Source of the DNA: Promethearchaeota archaeon
GTDB lineage: Archaea > Asgardarchaeota > Lokiarchaeia > Sigyniarchaeales > SOKP01
DNA: 64,000 nt
Assembly (NCBI GenBank): GCA_019057795.1
Contig: JAHLWS010000075.1
Span: 1 to 64,000, forward strand
Direction: 5' to 3'
Both the position numbers and the translations under genes were made by a program. Below are positions 58,668-64,000 of this stretch, piece by piece; the first letter of the stretch is position 1, and each line of letters opens with the position of its first letter. The notes beneath the pieces were generated by a model that was not told where the DNA came from, did no database searches, and saw only the letters and a list, made by a program, of their open reading frames with translations.

Positions 58668-59930
58668 TTATCTTCGATTATCTATTAGTTTTAAGTAATC
58701 AAGGCAGATTTGTACAATTTGTCCTAAAGCTTCTTTTTCTATTACTGCTGGCGTATCCTTTCTTGTATGATAGTAGGGCACTAATTCTTCTTTTAAATTT
58801 AAACCCCCAATGGTAGTAGCGGGAATATTTTTCTTACTAAAGGCTGCTGCGTCAGTTGCACCAAAAGGTAATGGCATTAATTTTACTTTTAAATTCACTT
58901 TTTTGGCTATTTCTAAAAGAGGTTTAAATACATCGGAATTGTGTTTAGCGCCTATTCCCGGTTCTCTATCATGTATTACGATGATATTTTTTTTAGCAAT
59001 GCTATCCATGTTCACAACAGTCGTTCCACTTGATAGTAATTCGTTATAATGCTTTTTTACACATCGTTTTGCGCCTCTTAAGCCTGATTCTTCACCAGCA
59101 AACGAGATTAATCGAATCCTTGTGTGTTTTGGGAATATCTCGCTGTTATCCTTGTTTTCAGATAAATATTTTCCAATCCCTAACACTATAGCAACTCCGG
59201 ATAAATTATCGAACGCACCGAGGACAGGCTTTGAGCTGTGGAAAAAAACATAAACTAGTATAATTGGAACGAAAAATATAAAGATAATGCCAAAAACTAA
59301 AAAGAGAATTGGTAGATCAATTGATAAAAGGAAAAATACTAATTTTAAAATTATCGCAATGAACACTATTCCAACAGCTAAATATCCAATATTTATTATA
59401 ATTTGGCCAAACCGCTTCAAATAGTAGAAAGTGTTAAATTCAAAGGCAGAATCGTGATGTGCAGAAAAGATTATTGTATTTTTCACTTCGTTTTTTGGAT
59501 TGATTGTCCCTATAACATTTTGTGATTCCCGTTTAGGAAAGAGAAAATCAAAGATTTCGTGGTATTTCATCACTTCTAAAATGAAATAACTAATCGTTAC
59601 CACGATAAGAATTATTGCAATTAATAAGAAGATCATATTTATGGATGCATTTAACGAAATTACATTAATATCTATTAACAACGTTAACCAATAAAAAACT
59701 CCAGCAATAAAAACCATTATTGCACCGTATTTAATGCCTCCAAGAAAGGCGTGAGGGCTACTAATATATGATTCTTGATGTGTTTCGTCGCAAAAGTTTT
59801 TCAATTCAGATTCTACTCTATTACCTGCTAAGATTTCTTGTTCTGTCCCTGATTCTCGGGGTCCTACCTCGTTACAAATATCTTCTATAAATTTATACAT
59901 GTAATTATTATCAATCATTTTTATCAACAA
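58668..59930 (-). CDS. Membrane M28 family peptidase
   Basis: SAHHDS, GAFDNLSG, GEESGL.GA, NMD, TDA, YHT..D; 4 TMs. Confidence 0.9.
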   Translation of the reverse strand: MLIKMIDNNYMYKFIEDICNEVGPRESGTEQEILAGNRVESELKNFCDETHQESYISSPHAFLGGIKYGAIMVFIAGVFYWLTLLIDINVISLNASINMIFLLIAIILIVVTISYFILEVMKYHEIFDFLFPKRESQNVIGTINPKNEVKNTIIFSAHHDSAFEFNTFYYLKRFGQIIINIGYLAVGIVFIAIILKLVFFLLSIDLPILFLVFGIIFIFFVPIILVYVFFHSSKPVLGAFDNLSGVAIVLGIGKYLSENKDNSEIFPKHTRIRLISFAGEESGLRGAKRCVKKHYNELLSSGTTVVNMDSIAKKNIIVIHDREPGIGAKHNSDVFKPLLEIAKKVNLKVKLMPLPFGATDAAAFSKKNIPATTIGGLNLKEELVPYYHTRKDTPAVIEKEALGQIVQICLDYLKLIDNRR

Positions 59931-60064
59931 ATTATTTTTAAAACATCCGTATTAAGTTAAAAATCAAAATATTAAATAAAAATTCGTTATGTTAAGTAAT
60001 AAATCTTTAATTATTAGAAATTTTGATTAATAAAATTAAAAATTAATTGTGAAAGTTGCTATAG

Positions 60065-62107
60065 ATGATGGATAAATTAAACATTAGAAAGGGTATGACA
60101 GACGATGAGATTGATATTTTGGCCAATAAAGCATTAGAAATGATGACCTTAAAAGAAAAGGTTGATATAATGTCGGGGAAACATTTTTTTATGATGTTGC
60201 TAAAAGATCGAAAATTCGGTGTGCGTTCTTATCCAGGTGGGGGCGTTAAACGATTAGGTATACCTCCATTCTTATTTACGGATGGTCCGCGGGGAGTAAT
60301 TATGCCTGGCTCTACTTGTTTCCCTGTATCCATGGCTCGAGGGGGCTCGTGGGACGTTAAACTCGAAGAAGAGGTGGGTGAAGTTATCGGTAAAGAAGTA
60401 CGTGCTCACGGAGGAAATCTTTTTGGAGGTGTATGTGTAAACCTTTTGCGACATCCAGCGTGGGGTCGAGCTCAAGAAACTTACGGCGAAGATCCCTTTC
60501 ATGTTGGTGAATTTGGGGCTGCTTTATTACGAGGAGTGCAAAAACATAATGTTATGGCCACAGTTAAACATTATGTTGCTAATAGCATAGAACATTCGCG
60601 ATTTAAAGTTGATGTACAATTAGACGAGCGAACATTGCGAGAAGTCTATCTCCCTCATTTTAAGCGTTGTATCGAGGAAAATTGTGCTACAGTTATGACA
60701 GCGTATAACAAAGTTCTCGGCGAGTACTGTGGTCATAATGCTCCCTTATTAAGAGATATACTAAAAGGTGAATGGGGGTTTGAAGGTTTTGTGCATTCTG
60801 ATTGGATGAATGGGGTTCACGATACCATTGGTGGGGTCATGGGAGGCTTAGATGTTGAAATGCCCCGTGCAAAATATTACGGAAGAAAACTAGAAAAAGC
60901 AGTGAAACAAGGAAAAGTTCCTTTAAAGTTAATAGAAGATTCCGCAAAGCGAATAATCCGCACAGTGTTAAGATTTACTACTAAAGAAGACTCTCAGAAT
61001 TACGATCCTACTTTAATCGGTTGTGATGAACATGTTCATTTAGCTCGCAAAGTTGCCGAGAAGAGCATGGTCTTGCTTAAAAATCAAGGTAAAATTTTAC
61101 CTTTTACTTCTAAAGAAGTTGAAACTTTAGCAGTAATTGGTCAATTAGCCGATTTAAAAAATACGGGTGATCATGGAAGCAGTCACGTGCGCCAAAATAA
61201 TATTGTTACGCCTTTACACGGTTTAGAAAATAAATTCGGTGATAAAGTAAAAATAATACATAACGATGGTAGCGATCTTGAAGTTGCTCAACAGATTGCT
61301 CAAAGCGTAGATGCGGTAGTTTTAATGGTTGGTTACACATATAAGGATGAGGGAGAATATATTCCACATATTTCAAAGGGATTAGGAGATCGCATTAACC
61401 TTGGTTTGAGAGAGAATGAAATTAAATTAATTAATGCCGTATCAAAAGTAAATCAAAAATGTGTAGTTGTCCTTATTGGAGGAAGCGCTATTCTCATGGA
61501 AGAATGGAGAACAAGAGTCCCCGCTATTTTAATGGCTTGGTATTCAGGTATGGAAGGAGGTAACGCTTTAGCTGACATTCTTTTTGGAGTAATTAACCCA
61601 AGCGGAAAATTACCCCTTACAATCCCTACAGATCCCACACATTTACCATTCTTTGACATATATGTTGATGAGATTGAATACGGTTACTATCACGGATATA
61701 CTTTGATGGAAAAGGAAAGTATTGAACCCACATTCCCTTTTGGATTTGGGTTGAGTTATACTGAATATAGATATAAAAACATCCGAGTAGAATCAACCGA
61801 AGAGAAAATTATTGTTAGTGTGGAAATTTCGAATATTGGAGTTATTGCCGGTGAAGAGATTGTACAGTTATATGTAGGTTTTGAGAATTCTAGCGTTGAT
61901 CGTCCCTTAAAACTGTTACGTGGATTTAAGAGAGTCGCTTTAAAACCTAAAGAAACAAAGACTGTATCCATTGATGTGAGGAAAAAAGATTTTGCATGGT
62001 ATAATCCTGATAATAGAGTATGGGAGGTCGAGAGTATCGAATATACTATTTACATTGGAGCTTCATCAAAAAATGAAGATTTACTCACTATACAGATTTC
62101 TTTATAA
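60065..62107 (+). CDS. GH3 beta-glucosidase
   Basis: DGPRG, GRAQETYGEDP, KHY, SDW nucleophile, FGFGLSYT, Fn3-like tail. Confidence 0.95.
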   Translation: MMDKLNIRKGMTDDEIDILANKALEMMTLKEKVDIMSGKHFFMMLLKDRKFGVRSYPGGGVKRLGIPPFLFTDGPRGVIMPGSTCFPVSMARGGSWDVKLEEEVGEVIGKEVRAHGGNLFGGVCVNLLRHPAWGRAQETYGEDPFHVGEFGAALLRGVQKHNVMATVKHYVANSIEHSRFKVDVQLDERTLREVYLPHFKRCIEENCATVMTAYNKVLGEYCGHNAPLLRDILKGEWGFEGFVHSDWMNGVHDTIGGVMGGLDVEMPRAKYYGRKLEKAVKQGKVPLKLIEDSAKRIIRTVLRFTTKEDSQNYDPTLIGCDEHVHLARKVAEKSMVLLKNQGKILPFTSKEVETLAVIGQLADLKNTGDHGSSHVRQNNIVTPLHGLENKFGDKVKIIHNDGSDLEVAQQIAQSVDAVVLMVGYTYKDEGEYIPHISKGLGDRINLGLRENEIKLINAVSKVNQKCVVVLIGGSAILMEEWRTRVPAILMAWYSGMEGGNALADILFGVINPSGKLPLTIPTDPTHLPFFDIYVDEIEYGYYHGYTLMEKESIEPTFPFGFGLSYTEYRYKNIRVESTEEKIIVSVEISNIGVIAGEEIVQLYVGFENSSVDRPLKLLRGFKRVALKPKETKTVSIDVRKKDFAWYNPDNRVWEVESIEYTIYIGASSKNEDLLTIQISL

Positions 62108-62127
62108 AATACTCAATTAATTTTAAA

Positions 62128-63948
62128 TCATTCAATTTTAAGAGACCCATGATTTGGCTCCCAGTCTAGACTTTGATGCTCAAAAAATTGTTTATACAGC
62201 TTAGCATATTTTCCTCCTTGTGTGAGTAAAGAATTATGAGTACCCTCTTCAACGATTTGCCCGTTATCCATCACAATTATTCGATCAGCACTCACGATAG
62301 TTGAGAGCCTATGAGCAATTATTATAGAGGTTCGATTAGATAAAAGCACCTCTAGAGCCTCTTGAATAATTGCTTCAGTATACGCATCAACGCTCGATGT
62401 GGCTTCATCAAGAATAAGAATCCGCGGGTCAGTCAATATTGCTCGAGCAAAACTAACTAGTTGCTGTTGACCTGCCGATAGTCCTTTTCCCCTTTCACCG
62501 ATCTGTGTTTGCAACCCTTCCGGTAGGTATTCGATTAGTTCTTCGAGGTGCACAGTATTAATTGCGTTCCAGAGATCTTCTTCTGACGCTTCTTGTCTGC
62601 CATATCGAATATTTTCTTCTATAGTACCAGAAAACAAAAAAACTTCTTGCTGTACATTGCCTAGAACACTTCTATAAGAGTTTAAAGACATGTCCCTAAT
62701 GTCAATTCCATCAATTTCAATTGATCCCCCTTGAAACTCATAATATCGAGCTAAAAGTGATACCAATGAAGTTTTCCCAGCCCCTGTGTGGCCCACAATA
62801 GCGATTTTTTCTCCTTTTTTTATGTGCAAATTTAAACCTTTGAATACCCATTCACCTTCTCTATAACAGAAGTCGATATCTTTGAAAATAATTTCTCCTT
62901 CTAAAGTATCGATATCAATTGCGTTTGGATTTTGTCTTATTTTTGGCTCAGAATCAAGGATGTCTAGTATTCGCTCATATGCAGCCATTCCTGAGCTAAG
63001 TTGAGGGAAAAATACGGAGAGGACCATTATGGGGCGGAAAAATTTCTGAAGATAAAGAATAAACATAAAAATTGTTCCGGGTTTAGTTATTCCTTGAAAG
63101 ACAAATTGACCTCCAAAAAAAATGATGACAATGAGCGAAATAGAAGCAATTGTTTCCAGCAGAGGCCTCCACATATGAGTTACGGATGTTATTCTAAACC
63201 CTGCTTTAAAATATTTCTTGTTAGTTTCTTGAAATTGCCTCGAAACCGTAGATTCCTGTCCATAGCTTTTACATACATGTATACCCTCTATTGATTCAAC
63301 CATAGCAGCATTTACATTGCCTATTGCTTTTCTGTAAGCTCTACTAACAATTTTAACTAACCGCCTAAGCGACAGAACGAATAAAAAGATGAAAGGAATG
63401 GCTATCAATGTTATGAGAGCTAATGTCAGATTTAGCCATAGAAGCATTCCAAAGGTCAATACACTTATAAGAAAGTTACCGAAAGTATCCGCTAATAGGA
63501 GCGTAGTATTCCCAAAATCTAAAGCATCGTTAGAAACTCTGGTATTTAGTTTACCGCTCAGATGCTTATCGAAAAAGCTCATATCTTGCTCTTGTAATTT
63601 ATCAAAAATATCCATTCGGAGCTTTTCCAAAAAAAAAGGAACAAACTTTCCTATTTCTTTTCGCCGTAAGAAAAACATTATCCAAATTAGAATAGAAAGA
63701 ATAAAGTATAACCCCCCTACTCCCAATACAATCAGAGGATTACTGTTAATACTAGAAAGTTCGTCAATTGCAATTCCAATTAAAAGAGGATTTATAGTTT
63801 CAGCTATCGTAGTAATAAAGATAAACAATGAGATTAGAACTAGACTTTTCCTAAACGGTGCAACTCTCCTAATATACCTGACCAGCAGTTCACGATCGGA
63901 ATATTCTCGTTTCTGTTCCTCGTTCATCATTCCTGTATAGAGCCCCAT
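62128..63948 (-). CDS. ABC exporter, fused permease/ATPase
   Basis: 6 TMs; GHTGAGKT, LSAGQQQ, LILDEATS, IAHRLST. Confidence 0.95.
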   Translation of the reverse strand: MGLYTGMMNEEQKREYSDRELLVRYIRRVAPFRKSLVLISLFIFITTIAETINPLLIGIAIDELSSINSNPLIVLGVGGLYFILSILIWIMFFLRRKEIGKFVPFFLEKLRMDIFDKLQEQDMSFFDKHLSGKLNTRVSNDALDFGNTTLLLADTFGNFLISVLTFGMLLWLNLTLALITLIAIPFIFLFVLSLRRLVKIVSRAYRKAIGNVNAAMVESIEGIHVCKSYGQESTVSRQFQETNKKYFKAGFRITSVTHMWRPLLETIASISLIVIIFFGGQFVFQGITKPGTIFMFILYLQKFFRPIMVLSVFFPQLSSGMAAYERILDILDSEPKIRQNPNAIDIDTLEGEIIFKDIDFCYREGEWVFKGLNLHIKKGEKIAIVGHTGAGKTSLVSLLARYYEFQGGSIEIDGIDIRDMSLNSYRSVLGNVQQEVFLFSGTIEENIRYGRQEASEEDLWNAINTVHLEELIEYLPEGLQTQIGERGKGLSAGQQQLVSFARAILTDPRILILDEATSSVDAYTEAIIQEALEVLLSNRTSIIIAHRLSTIVSADRIIVMDNGQIVEEGTHNSLLTQGGKYAKLYKQFFEHQSLDWEPNHGSLKIE

Positions 63949-64000
63949 AATGATACCTCATTAAAAGTTATTTGTTTTAAAATCTGATAAAGATACTCGT

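Noticed and set aside
63001-63940. + strand ORFs of 97 and 183 aa (and similar short antisense ORFs throughout)
   Set aside because: They lie fully opposite well-supported genes and have no motifs.

Overview
AT-rich archaeal DNA that looks like an Asgard archaeon, most likely Lokiarchaeia. The basis is archaeal ribosomal, RNAP and KEOPS genes together with a Rab-like GTPase, two Roadblock proteins, a gelsolin-like protein and Fae-Hps. 1-15 kb is a candidate anti-viral defence island. It holds a PNP(nucleosidase)-STAND-repeat NLR-like gene that runs off the left edge and is absent from the ORF track, plus HEPN, metallophosphoesterase, DUF4365 nuclease, Schlafen/AlbA_2 and SIR2-TPR genes and several gene remnants. 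15.5-21 kb holds a Cys-rich MarR with a perfect palindromic operator in front of an unannotated 27-aa Cys-rich micropeptide, a membrane esterase, and two tandem PlsY-CTP-dependent lipid-kinase fusions; their 3' end recurs as an orphan copy at 12.7 kb. 22-38 kb carries proS and amino-acid/acyl-CoA catabolism genes. 37.8-42.5 kb carries a surface protein with an HFS (GPS/GAIN-like autoproteolysis) motif next to a membrane-tethered wHTH regulator with a related ectodomain, then a TrmB-coiled-coil protein. 45-52 kb is a rearranged archaeal translation/transcription superoperon. A highly structured ~250-nt non-coding candidate lies at 52.35-52.6 kb. The rest is housekeeping and catabolic genes. No tRNA, rRNA, CRISPR array, integrase or transposase was seen. 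All calls come from reading motifs by eye; no searches were run.
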